Assembly (NCBI GenBank): GCA_025839675.1
Contig: CP104013.1
Coordinates: 6,000,001-6,032,000, forward strand
Source of the DNA: Candidatus Lokiarchaeum ossiferum
GTDB taxonomy: Archaea > Asgardarchaeota > Lokiarchaeia > Sigyniarchaeales > Promethearchaeaceae
Direction: 5' to 3'
Length of the DNA stretch: 32,000 nucleotides
The position numbers and the translations under genes were made by a program. A model generated the notes under the pieces. It was not told where the DNA came from and did not search any database. It worked only from the letters and a program-made list of their open reading frames with translations. Of the stretch, positions 8,142 to 17,800 are shown one piece after another; position 1 is the first letter of the stretch; every line of letters begins with the position of its first letter.

Positions 8142-8564
8142 ATGGGGGAAAAGACAAAAATCCAGATCAAGAAAAAAGCCTTGGGGATCTTGGTAGGACT
8201 TGTAATCATAGGAGGAGTTGCTGTCTCGAGGTGGGGACGGTCCTATTTGGAGCATATTCCTTATAGCCGTCATTCATTCACGGTAACCGAACTGATTCAT
8301 CCCCCTAATGCTTCCGAAGATGAAACAATTACGGTAGAAATTCACGCCTTTAGTAGGTCAGGGTTCTCAGAAGACGATTTATATCTCTCCAAATCGGTTC
8401 TGGGGAAAAGAGTTTCGGGGGGGTTTTACTATTATTTGGATCCAAAAGGGGGGTATATTCAAGCCTTAGTGCCGGTGGTTCGGAATATCACCTTGAGTTT
8501 TGCATGTCCTGGAAATTGGACCCTTAGGATAAATGAGTATACCTCTACCATTCTTATCACATGA
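8142..8564 (+). CDS. small N-terminally membrane-anchored beta-rich protein
   Basis: The ORF track starts at GTG 8121. ATG 8142 lies ~30 nt after TTTATAGAGG, consistent with a leaderless start. TM helix ALGILVGLVIIGGVAV, then a beta-rich domain ending in CPGNWTLRINEYTSTILIT. Confidence 0.5.
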   Translation: MGEKTKIQIKKKALGILVGLVIIGGVAVSRWGRSYLEHIPYSRHSFTVTELIHPPNASEDETITVEIHAFSRSGFSEDDLYLSKSVLGKRVSGGFYYYLDPKGGYIQALVPVVRNITLSFACPGNWTLRINEYTSTILIT

Positions 8565-8714
8565 AATACGCTGCAGTATAGCGTAATGAGATTATTGAAG
8601 AGTTTGCAGGATCAGACCGCTTTGTAATTTCTCTGTCTCAAACTTCAAAATATCAAAAAAGAAAAACTATATTATATCGGATAGCAGAATAAATTTGGGT
8701 AAGAGATAAAAATA

Positions 8715-10181
8715 ATGGTCGAACAATTTTCACGTTACATTAAACTTGAGAGCCCCTCATGTTTCCTCATATATTCATCAAAAAGTTCAACGAACTCCAT
8801 AGTACAGGTGGTATCAGCAATCGGAACCCTCTTGAAGGAGCTAAAAGTGAAACCATTTGTGATTCATGACAAATATTGGGATAGACCCCATGGAATTTTA
8901 CAAATTGGAACAATTATTGACCAATGTTCCTTTGGTATCATAATATTGGATGGATTTACTCGAAGATTGGCGATTGAAGTCATGAATCTCTCTCACGTGT
9001 ATAAAAAACATTTTGACATTCCGTTTATCTTTTTACAAAGTAAGAGTGACTACACCGATTTTAAAACCCAGAAGAAAAATTTTGCTCTGTTTTCGAGTTC
9101 ACTTTGGAATTTTTCGGACCAATATCGGATCGGGACGCAAATCGATGTGAGTAAATGCTTCACGGATTTTTGTGAAAGTAATGTTTTGTTTTTTTTTGAT
9201 AGAAATGATAAAAATGACCTGAAATTAATACAATCAGAAATCGCGAAAAAAATTGAAAAGAAGTTCCACATAAACCTCCAAAACTTAAATTGTTTGAAAG
9301 AATATCGTCCTGAAGCAGAAAGAATCGAAGAAGACATCTTAATTGATCGCAAGACCTTACTCAAATATCATAATACCCTCCTGCTTAGACAGGATGCAGA
9401 AGTATTACTGGAATTGGAATCATTCCTCAACGAGCCCATTATTAGAAGATCCAATATTATAAAAGAAAAAACAAGAAAAAAAATAATAACCTTCTGTCAA
9501 TTGGGATATTGGGAAAAGGATAGAAGAATAACTAAACTGGTTATCTCCAACAAAAATATGTCCCACCTCCCTGAAAATTTTGGAAATCTTACCAAACTCA
9601 CCTATCTGAATTTGGAGAAGAACAACTTATCTACCCTTCCTGCAAGTATCTGCGATCTAACAGATCTCACAGGATTACATTTACGAAAGAATCAATTGAC
9701 GAACCTTCCTGAGGCAATTGGAAAATTAGGTCACCTCTCTGAACTTTTATTGGATGGAAATCAGCTCCTTATTCTCCCCGATAGTATTGGCAAGCTGACC
9801 GAACTGAAATTTTTAAAATTGGAAGAAAATTTTTTGACGACTCTTCCGAGAAGTATTGGAATGCTCATAAGACTCACAGATCTGAATCTCGATGGTAATC
9901 AATTAGAGGCACTTCCTGATGAAATTGGTCATTTGGCATCACTTACATATTTGCGTCTAATGAGAAATCGCTTGACAAAGCTTCCTGAGACATTATATAA
10001 TCTCAGAAGCCTAAAATTCTTATTCTTGAATAATAATCAGATTTCAACGTTTGCAGAAAGTTTCCAATTTCCTAAATCTCTTTCCTATCTGGATCTTTGC
10101 GGAAATCATACAAATTTTCCCCCTTTTCTGAAAGCACAATTAGAAGAACAGAAATGTTTGATTTTATTGAAATATAAGTAG
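8715..10181 (+). CDS. leucine-rich repeat protein with TIR-like N-terminal domain
   Basis: Nine consecutive 23-residue LRRs of the LxxLxLxxNxLxxLPxxIGxL type (aa 272-478). The N-terminal ~100 aa read CFLIYSSKSS...KELKVKPFVIHDKYWDRPHG...CSFGIIILDG...AIEV...IPFIFLQS, a TIR/TIR_2-like strand-helix pattern (this domain alone: confidence ~0.45). Confidence 0.85.
   Translation: MVEQFSRYIKLESPSCFLIYSSKSSTNSIVQVVSAIGTLLKELKVKPFVIHDKYWDRPHGILQIGTIIDQCSFGIIILDGFTRRLAIEVMNLSHVYKKHFDIPFIFLQSKSDYTDFKTQKKNFALFSSSLWNFSDQYRIGTQIDVSKCFTDFCESNVLFFFDRNDKNDLKLIQSEIAKKIEKKFHINLQNLNCLKEYRPEAERIEEDILIDRKTLLKYHNTLLLRQDAEVLLELESFLNEPIIRRSNIIKEKTRKKIITFCQLGYWEKDRRITKLVISNKNMSHLPENFGNLTKLTYLNLEKNNLSTLPASICDLTDLTGLHLRKNQLTNLPEAIGKLGHLSELLLDGNQLLILPDSIGKLTELKFLKLEENFLTTLPRSIGMLIRLTDLNLDGNQLEALPDEIGHLASLTYLRLMRNRLTKLPETLYNLRSLKFLFLNNNQISTFAESFQFPKSLSYLDLCGNHTNFPPFLKAQLEEQKCLILLKYK
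9528..10148 (+). repeat. nine 69-nt (23-codon) LRR units inside the CDS
   Basis: Units start ITKLVISNKNM, LTYLNLEKNNL, LTGLHLRKNQL, LSELLLDGNQL, LKFLKLEENFL, LTDLNLDGNQL, LTYLRLMRNRL, LKFLFLNNNQI, LSYLDLCGNHT. Confidence 0.85.
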
Positions 10182-10270
10182 TATGGGGACTATTTACAAG
10201 TCTATGTGGTATTATTGCTCCAAACCCTTGTATTGGATATAAGATTTTAAGGGATGCGATCTAATGTATC

Positions 10271-10825
10271 ATGATGCGATCGAAAAAACTGAGGGTCAAA
10301 GAATTTATCCTCCGCCATTTAGGACTGGTTTTTGCTGGGATCATCATTGTTGGGTTAAGTTTAGTAGTGATTGCATTATTATATGCCATCCCCATACTTT
10401 ATTATGTGTCGGTTTGTGGTACGTTGGGTTCGGGGTATGGTTATTCTGTACTTGATAAGCGGGAACGGGATAAAAAGAAATTGGTGGATTTCAAGCAAAT
10501 TCTCCAATCAATGGGTCGGATCGAAATCACGGAAATGGCGAAACTGTTGCAGGTAGCGGAATCTTATCTACAAGAAAAATTATTGCTGTGGATGAAAGAA
10601 ATACCGTTCCTTATTGAATCTTCGAATCCAAAGAGGGCGATCCATGGGGTATTCTTCTTAGAAAGTTTTTTTGCTTTGTACGAAATGTGGAAACAGTTGC
10701 CATTAAAAGAGCAAAAGCCACCTATGGTGTATCGGGAGATTCTGATTGATCAAATTAAACAATTGATTGGAACGGATTTGGATTCTTTTGGTGCCAAAAT
10801 GAATCTATACCTTGATTCTATCTAG
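10271..10825 (+). CDS. membrane protein with cytoplasmic winged-helix-like domain
   Basis: Two hydrophobic helices (LGLVFAGIIIVGLSLVVIALLYAIPILYYVSVCG), then MGRIEITEMAKLLQVAESYLQEKLLLW (HTH-like). The alternative frames 10264.. and 10371.. are shorter. Confidence 0.55.
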   Translation: MMRSKKLRVKEFILRHLGLVFAGIIIVGLSLVVIALLYAIPILYYVSVCGTLGSGYGYSVLDKRERDKKKLVDFKQILQSMGRIEITEMAKLLQVAESYLQEKLLLWMKEIPFLIESSNPKRAIHGVFFLESFFALYEMWKQLPLKEQKPPMVYREILIDQIKQLIGTDLDSFGAKMNLYLDSI

Positions 10826-11077
10826 ACTCCTTTAGATGTTTTTGAAAATGTAATAATTATTACTTTTAACTTGATTTAATTGCCACTTTCCCTAAAATAA
10901 ATCCATTTTACATTAATTGGGAATCTGCACTACAAAATACTTTGCTGAAATAGTTTTTTATGAAAAATTAAAGTTCTTAAAATTCTTGATCGTAGCCTTT
11001 AACATGTTTAAATTCATTTTCTGAAGAAAATATTACAAAAAAGAAAGGCAATTTAATATTCATCAAAAATGTGCAAA

Positions 11078-14000
11078 TTACCCTGTATAAACTGCAACAT
11101 TGTTAATATAACTTGTATCTTCATTTTCAAATAGATAAATTCGTGTGTCTATAGGATTATTCGCATCATAAAAGTAAATTTCACTTTTCATAGAATATGA
11201 TGTTGCATAAGATATTTTTGGGCGAATATGGATACTATATCCGCTCAGATGTAGGTCTATTGTCGCACCTCCATACACTTCAGTTGTTTTCTTTATTGTA
11301 TGAGAATATGTAGAAGCTGCCCCTGCAGGATACTTCCATTCAAAATTATCAATAGTAGGCTGAGATATAATGGGATTTGGTACTTCGGAAAATGGATACT
11401 CCAATGAATACGATAATTCCGTTAATCCAACATATCCCGGCGATTCTGACTCAATAAAGGTAGTTTCTTGTATGTAATGTAGTTGATTTGCGCTTGCAAA
11501 TTTAAAACCTGTTGCTTTTACTGATCCTTTATAATTTTTAATAAGGATTATATCCCCAGTAGCTTGATTTGCAGTCCATGACAATTCAGTTTCATAGTTA
11601 TCTTCACTAGTGGTTCCGATATCAAGTACAACTTCAAGATAGTCTAATTCACTTCCCCATTTCTTTCCGATAGCAACTTCTAAAGATATTTTTGTGGAAA
11701 TTGTTTCTGTGATAGTCAATTTTTGCCAACTTTCTTCCCCGGAAGGTGCATAAATTCGAGAAATAAATAAAGGGATTTCCTGATCTTCTAGAATTTCAAC
11801 TTCCACGTTTTCATCACATGTATCAATTTTAACATTATCAATGTAAACAGAATACGCTGAGCTATGAGAAATACTTTTAGTTGTAATTCGTATTCCTGAA
11901 GGAATATCTGTGTTATCCTTGATATTCATTGGTCCAGCTATTAAAACAGAGTTCAAATATATTTTACATCTTTGAATATTAGTATCATGCCAATAAAATA
12001 GGAAATCGATTTGATACATTTTTCCAACATCAATATCTGCACGATGATCCCAATTGGGTATTGCTAAACCTGATATATCCACATCAAGTCTATTTTCTCC
12101 CAAACGAATCTTCTTTTGCTCATGTCCATCCTCATCTAGAATTTCAATATAGGCATATTGATTATTCACATTTGTTTCTAAGCCAACTTCTACAGAAAAT
12201 AATACTGGAGCGTTTTCAGGGATATTTTTTGATTTTTCAATTTCCACATTTCCTCCAAACAGACCATAACTTTCATCAATCAATCTTACTACTTTTCCAG
12301 GTCGGTTAGTCCAACTTGGTGCATTAATAATAGTTGCTGCACAATCCGTATCTTCCTCAATTGTCCAACTGTTTAACGAATCTCCGTTCACATCTTTATC
12401 AAAGTGATCTCCAAAAGGATCCATCGAATCTAATGGATTAGTAAGGTAAGTTAAAATTTCTTCTCCATCTGAAAATTCATCCCCATCCGAATCCGCTTCG
12501 GTCGGGTCGGTGCCTAAGTCCACTTCTTCCCCATCTTCCAACCTATCCCCATCCGAATCATCATTCTTAGGATCGGTTTTATAACCAAAAGAAGAATAGA
12601 TTTCATCCGCATCCGAAATACCATCGTCATCCCAATCAAGAGGGTTTACACCGCCAATATTCAACCCTGTGTCTTCTTCAAAACGATCCAATAATCCATC
12701 TAAATCACTATCTGTCTGTTCTACGGCGAAGTTGGCGATTTTCCAGGTTCGCCCTCCATCATAAATCCAAGCTTTAATTTCCGTAATCATGGCTAAGGAT
12801 CGGATCCATCCATATCGGACCAGTTCACCATCCCAAGTGGTCTTCATAAATTTATTTATTGGGGAATTAGGGATTATTTCGATTTCGAGATGGTGGTAAA
12901 CGTTGGGAGTATTACTATCATAGATATCCAGTCCAGTTTTATCTAAGTATTTGGTTCCATCGAACATGCGAATCTTTCCTAAAGCGGGTTCAATTTTGAG
13001 TAAAACATACTTTCCATCAGCAAAAGCAACATGGATAATTTTGACATTATCATCACTAAATTGGAGATCACACGAGAGGTATAACATTCGATTTGGATTT
13101 TCATAGGCATTATAGGTAAAGGAAGCTCCTGATGTTGATGGAGATTGGAGGACTGCAACATTATTAATGCCAGAACCATAATTTTCCAAACTAATACTTC
13201 CTACATCATTAATTGGATCAAACACTGTAGGGTTATAGTATACTAACGGATTATAGCCAGCAGTGTTCGCTTCAAAATAGTCTGAATATCCATCTCCATC
13301 CGTATCGGGATTTAAAGGATCTGTGCCGATCATATCTTCATCTTGATCTACTAATCCATCTTGATCATTATCAAATTCAAGATTGCCAACATACCATATG
13401 TTTGATTTATACATACCTAACAACATGCTGGTAAATATTTCAGTATCTGGTGAATTGATATAAAGTGATAATCCGCCGAGTAAATGGCCATTCCAATAGG
13501 TTCGCCATAATTTTTGACCGGAATTTTGTTGGACGATTTTAACAACTAAATGGTGATCCGTATTTGCCTGGAACCCACCAAATTGAGTATTAACAGAATT
13601 AACATCATGATAAATGGTGCCATCGTGAAGTCGGATTTTGCTATATTGAGGTTCAAATTTGATTAAAAGTGCCTTATTATTTCCAAAATAAAATCGCAAG
13701 AAAGTGGTTTGTTTTACTGTAAACTTAATGTCACATTCAAATTGGAGCACATTTCGGGACATCTCCAGATTTCGTTCTTTATATTCAAAATAACTCCAAG
13801 TAGTGCCCGTTGAGGTTAATTTGGATATATCACTTTCGAGATAACTCACTGATCCAGTGCCACTAAGAGATTTGAAATCTACCTGATTATCAGCAACATA
13901 GATTGTACTCTGAGCTCGCATGGTTCGCATAGCAAAATCTCGAATATCACTAGAACTCTCTAATGTGACGGGTGTATTCAAAGCGCCGTCATCGAGATAC

Positions 14001-14497
14001 ATCATCAATTCTTTTGTTGTAGTGCTTGATTGAGTAACCCTCAACTGAAAAGTGTACCATTGATTGGTGTTATACTTTAGATTCTGTGCTTGGTTTTCCA
14101 TAACTAAATCATCGTATGTATAAGTAGAAATCCAATCACTCTCAAAACGGATGATGAAATAATCCCCATCTTCTAGAAAAACGTATAATTGTTTTCTCAA
14201 ACCATCTCCAAATTTTAAACTACATTGGAAATAAAAGTTTTCTTCGCCAAGGCCAGTTCCAGTATAATAAAACCAGGAAACATCAGAAGTTCCAGCAGTT
14301 AAAGCATAAATCTCCGTTATATCTCCCTCATTAGCGACATTTACGATGGTTGCAGCATCGTTCGTACTATAGGTGACTTCCCAGTCTCCGTCAGCATCTC
14401 CTACTTCTGCACTGACCAAAGACAAGTCATTTTGGGGTAGGATCGGGATCATTAAGAATCCCAATGCGAGTATCAAGACAATTTTTTTATTTTTCAT
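11078..14497 (-). CDS. large secreted protein: four jelly-roll/LamG-like modules, thrombospondin type-3-like Ca-binding linkers, beta-rich C-terminal domain
   Basis: N-terminal signal/anchor KKIVLILALGFLMIPILP. Internally repeated ~140-170-aa modules (FECDIKF..LLIKFEPQYSKIRLHDGTIYHD..HHLVVKIV versus LSCDLQF..VLLKIEPALGKIRMFDGTKYLD..HHLEIEII). DxDxDGxxD-type runs (DPLNPDTDGDGYSD, DSDGDRLEDGEE, DSDGDEFSDGEE). Confidence 0.85.
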   Translation of the reverse strand: MKNKKIVLILALGFLMIPILPQNDLSLVSAEVGDADGDWEVTYSTNDAATIVNVANEGDITEIYALTAGTSDVSWFYYTGTGLGEENFYFQCSLKFGDGLRKQLYVFLEDGDYFIIRFESDWISTYTYDDLVMENQAQNLKYNTNQWYTFQLRVTQSSTTTKELMMYLDDGALNTPVTLESSSDIRDFAMRTMRAQSTIYVADNQVDFKSLSGTGSVSYLESDISKLTSTGTTWSYFEYKERNLEMSRNVLQFECDIKFTVKQTTFLRFYFGNNKALLIKFEPQYSKIRLHDGTIYHDVNSVNTQFGGFQANTDHHLVVKIVQQNSGQKLWRTYWNGHLLGGLSLYINSPDTEIFTSMLLGMYKSNIWYVGNLEFDNDQDGLVDQDEDMIGTDPLNPDTDGDGYSDYFEANTAGYNPLVYYNPTVFDPINDVGSISLENYGSGINNVAVLQSPSTSGASFTYNAYENPNRMLYLSCDLQFSDDNVKIIHVAFADGKYVLLKIEPALGKIRMFDGTKYLDKTGLDIYDSNTPNVYHHLEIEIIPNSPINKFMKTTWDGELVRYGWIRSLAMITEIKAWIYDGGRTWKIANFAVEQTDSDLDGLLDRFEEDTGLNIGGVNPLDWDDDGISDADEIYSSFGYKTDPKNDDSDGDRLEDGEEVDLGTDPTEADSDGDEFSDGEEILTYLTNPLDSMDPFGDHFDKDVNGDSLNSWTIEEDTDCAATIINAPSWTNRPGKVVRLIDESYGLFGGNVEIEKSKNIPENAPVLFSVEVGLETNVNNQYAYIEILDEDGHEQKKIRLGENRLDVDISGLAIPNWDHRADIDVGKMYQIDFLFYWHDTNIQRCKIYLNSVLIAGPMNIKDNTDIPSGIRITTKSISHSSAYSVYIDNVKIDTCDENVEVEILEDQEIPLFISRIYAPSGEESWQKLTITETISTKISLEVAIGKKWGSELDYLEVVLDIGTTSEDNYETELSWTANQATGDIILIKNYKGSVKATGFKFASANQLHYIQETTFIESESPGYVGLTELSYSLEYPFSEVPNPIISQPTIDNFEWKYPAGAASTYSHTIKKTTEVYGGATIDLHLSGYSIHIRPKISYATSYSMKSEIYFYDANNPIDTRIYLFENEDTSYINNVAVYTG
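12404..12715 (-). repeat. Asp-rich thrombospondin type-3-like calcium-binding repeat linker (aa ~595-698)
   Basis: DSDLDGLLD, DWDDDGISDADE, DPKNDDSDGDRLEDGEE, DPTEADSDGDEFSDGEE, NPLDSMDP. Confidence 0.6.
13271..13375 (-). repeat. Asp-rich thrombospondin type-3-like linker (aa ~375-409)
   Basis: FDNDQDGLVDQDEDMIGTDPLNPDTDGDGYSDYFE. Confidence 0.6.
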
Positions 14498-14569
14498 TTT
14501 TTTCCCTTGTATTTAGGTTTTTTTAGTATCCATTTCACGAATACATCCTATGAAAATGATCTTGAGGTC

Positions 14570-14666
14570 TTAAAGAGGTGTGGCCAAAACTTTGAATGCC
14601 AATTTTGTCATAGTCTTTGTTTTGTATCCATTGGCAAAAATAAAAAAAAAACCCACACCTCTTTAA
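14570..14666. promoter_or_regulatory. perfect 14-bp inverted repeat (TTAAAGAGGTGTGG / CCACACCTCTTTAA) with a nested 7-bp palindrome, in the divergent intergenic region
   Basis: 14570..14583 is the exact reverse complement of 14653..14666. The inner pair is TGCCAAT 14597..14603 and ATTGGCA 14630..14636. Each outer arm ends in a TATA-like CTTTAA and points toward one flanking gene. Confidence 0.5.
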
Positions 14667-14896
14667 ATGCGTTTTGATCTATTTGTGGAGTATACACGAA
14701 AATTTCAAGAAAATGATAAGCAAATAATGGGAACAGATTGGTAGTATTTCCACTTAAAAAAGAAAAAAGGGAGTCTAATGAAAGAAATTCCCCCAGTTTT
14801 TCTTTCTTCCTTTCTCTCCCACGATCTGGATTTATTTTTCTTGGATAGATTTTTTAAAAACCGAATGCAAGTATAAAATATTGGAAAAGATAACTT

Positions 14897-17800
14897 ATGA
14901 AATCAAGTAAAAAAAATACCTATTTAGGCATTCTGACGCTTATACTCCTTGGTTTTTCTGGTGCATTTTCACTACTATCACCAAGGGATCAAAACAATTT
15001 GAGAGCACCCTCTGTTGCTGACAATTCTCCCCTTTTATATGTTAATTTTGAAAATACTCTCACCAGTTCCACGGGGGAGACTGGAATCACAAATGGAAAT
15101 TGGGAATATAACACAACCGATGCAATTTTGGATTCTTATTCTGTCTATTTACCTGGAGAAAACAAAAATCACATCAAATGGGATTATGGAAGTGCCTTAT
15201 CTGAGGGGACTATGGAATGCTATTTCCATCCGACCTCCTTAGGGGATATTCCTAGCGCATTTTACATCATGCAGGCAGGAGAATATTTTGACTCCTATAT
15301 TGGGCTCTATCATCGACAATCTGGAGAATTATTCGCTCAATTTGTTGAAGATGGACCAATAATTCATACTTTGAAATCTAGCATTAATATTACTGCGGAT
15401 CAAACCTATCACTTTGCTTTAACTTGGGGCGCACGGGGGGTTGAATTATGGATGAACGGTTTTCTCGTAGCTTCAGATCCAGATCTCACCAATGGATTGG
15501 ATAGTGCAACTCGATACTATGGTATTGGGAATGTACCTATGGGTTCTTCCACAAATTCAGGAATTGGGTTCTGGGATGAGTTTCAAGTAAGTGATTTTCA
15601 GAAAGATTCCTTTGTTTCAACAACCGATGTGTTAGGTGATAAACTTCCTGCACCCACTTTGAATTCCATTCCATCTCCCGATTCTGATGGAAACGTTTCC
15701 CTATCTTGGAATAGTGTTTCTGGAGCAGATCTGTATCACGTTTTTCGGTCAAATCAATCTATCTCTGAAATTAATGGGACTCAAACTTTAATCAATACTA
15801 CCGATCAATTGATTTGCGAGGATATCGAGTTGGAAGAGAAAACCTATTATTATGCCGTTGTGGCTCAAAATACCAGTGGGTTTTCGAATACATCTAATTG
15901 TGAATCCGTAGTTATTACTTATCCTCCAGATTTAGTTGATGCCAATACTGTATTATATTGTGGGTTTGAAAATACCTTAGCTAGCTATTCTGAACATACT
16001 GCCATTACAAATGGGGGGTGGAGCTATGAAGAAATTAGTCCTCTGGTGGAAACATCGTCAGTTTCATTACTAGGAGAAAATAAGAATCATGTCAAATGGG
16101 ATTATGGAAGTGCTCTTAGCGAAGGAACTATTGAATGTTTTTTCCGTTCGACAAATCTTGAGTCCTCTACCGGCGCAAAATATATTTTACAAGGTGGAGA
16201 TTTGTTTGATGGGTCGTTTGGAGTATATTACTATAAAAATGGAATTCTACGCGCTCAACATGTAGACGGTGGAACAATTTATACTTTAGAATCTTCGGTA
16301 AATATCACATCAAATCAAACCTATCATATCGCCTATTCCTGGGGATCCCGGGGCATTGAGCTATGGTTGAATAATGAGATCGTAGCCTCAAATAATACAA
16401 TTCAAATGGGATTAGAAAGCTTTACTCGTTATTATGGGGTAGGAAATACTCCTATGGGTTCTTCTACCTTTTCTGGTTTAGGTTTTTGGGATGAATTTCG
16501 ATTAAGTGACATTCAACGGGATTCTTTTACTCATCTTGATGGGATAATTGATGAAAAACCTGGGACACCCTTATTGAACCCAATTGAATCTCCTGATTCC
16601 GATGGAAATATTTCTTTATCTTGGAATTCTGTCATCGGAGCAGATACTTATTTAGTGTACCGATCGACCCAACCAATTTCTGAAATTAATGGGACTCAAA
16701 CTTTAATCAATACTACCGAGGAGTTGACTTGTGAAGATCTCAATTTGGGTGAAAACACTTATTATTACGTCGTTGTGGCTCAGAACGCAAGTGGATTTTC
16801 CAACATGTCCAATTGCGAGTCTGTAATAATATCGTTATCTTCCGGTTTTGAGGATGAACATACTTTGTTGTTTTGCGAATTTGAGAATTCTCTCGCAAGT
16901 TCAACGGGTGAAAGTGGAATCACTAATGGAAATTGGGACTACAATACAATTAATGCGTTAGTAGATTCCACTTCGCTTTATTTACCAGGTGAAATCAGAA
17001 ATCATATTAAATGGGATTACGGAAGTGCCTTATCTGAAGGAACAATGGAATGTTATTTCCGTCCAACCACACTTGGAGATATTCCAAGTGCATTTCACAT
17101 CATGCAAGCGGGAGAGTATTATGATTCCTATATTGGGCTTTATCATCGTCAATCCGGTGAACTTTTTGCCCAATTTATTGAAGGGGGATCGATTATACAC
17201 AGTTTGAAATCCAGTAAGAATATTTCTGCGAATCAAACATATCATTTTGCGTTAACATGGGGTTCACGGGGGGCGGAATTATGGTTGAATGGTCAAATTA
17301 CTGCATCAGATCCGACGATTACGAATGGATTATATAGTACAACTCGATACTACGGTATTGGAAATGTACCTATGGGTTCTAATACAAATTCAGGTATTGG
17401 ATTTTGGGATAACTTCCGGCTCAGTGACATTCAACGGGATTCCTTTACTTATATATCGGATGTTATTGGTGAAAAACCATCTAATCCTATGTTGAATTCT
17501 ATTCCATCTCCTGATTCCGATGGAAATATTTCTCTATCTTGGAATAGTGTTTCTGGAGCCGATCAATACCTAGTGTATCGATCTCCTCAATATATTTCTG
17601 AAATAAATGGGACTCAAACTTTAATCGATATGACCAATCAGTTGACTTGTGAAGACCTCAATTTAGATGAGGGACTTTATTATTATGCTATTGTTGCGCA
17701 AAATGCAAGTGGTGTATCTAATTCATCAAATTGTGAGTTGGTTGTGGTTGTTCTTCCTCCAGATTTAGTGGATGAACATACGTTATTATATTGTGGTTTT

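Noticed and set aside
9050-9364. 104-aa antisense ORF inside the LRR gene. The same applies to 10264..10455, 10371..10556, 12061..12309, 12979..13179, 15015..15242, 15537..15752, 16989..17495, 17937..18125, 18601..18789, 19823..20029, 20417..20752, 20740..20970, 22957..23163, 25949..26161, 28084..28308 and 29875..30171.
   Set aside because: All are nested in, or overlap, longer ORFs with recognisable domains. Several recur only because the host gene is internally repeated.
9528-10148. Regular 69-nt periodicity checked as a possible CRISPR array
   Set aside because: The periodicity is the in-frame LRR repeat of a CDS. The units diverge at the DNA level, and there is no repeat-spacer structure. 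No CRISPR array was found anywhere in the window.
14570-14666. MITE with 14-bp terminal inverted repeats and TTAA ends
   Set aside because: This is possible. However, only one full element is visible, the third occurrence is a solo arm with a conserved A-run and TATA-like end, and all arms point toward downstream genes. A promoter/operator role fits better. This needs a genome-wide copy count.
14778-14876. 32-codon uORF (MKEIPPVFLSSFLSHDLDLFFLDRFFKNRMQV) preceded by GGGAG
   Set aside because: It is too short and low in complexity to support as a gene. I mention it only as a possible leader peptide in the inverted-repeat finding.
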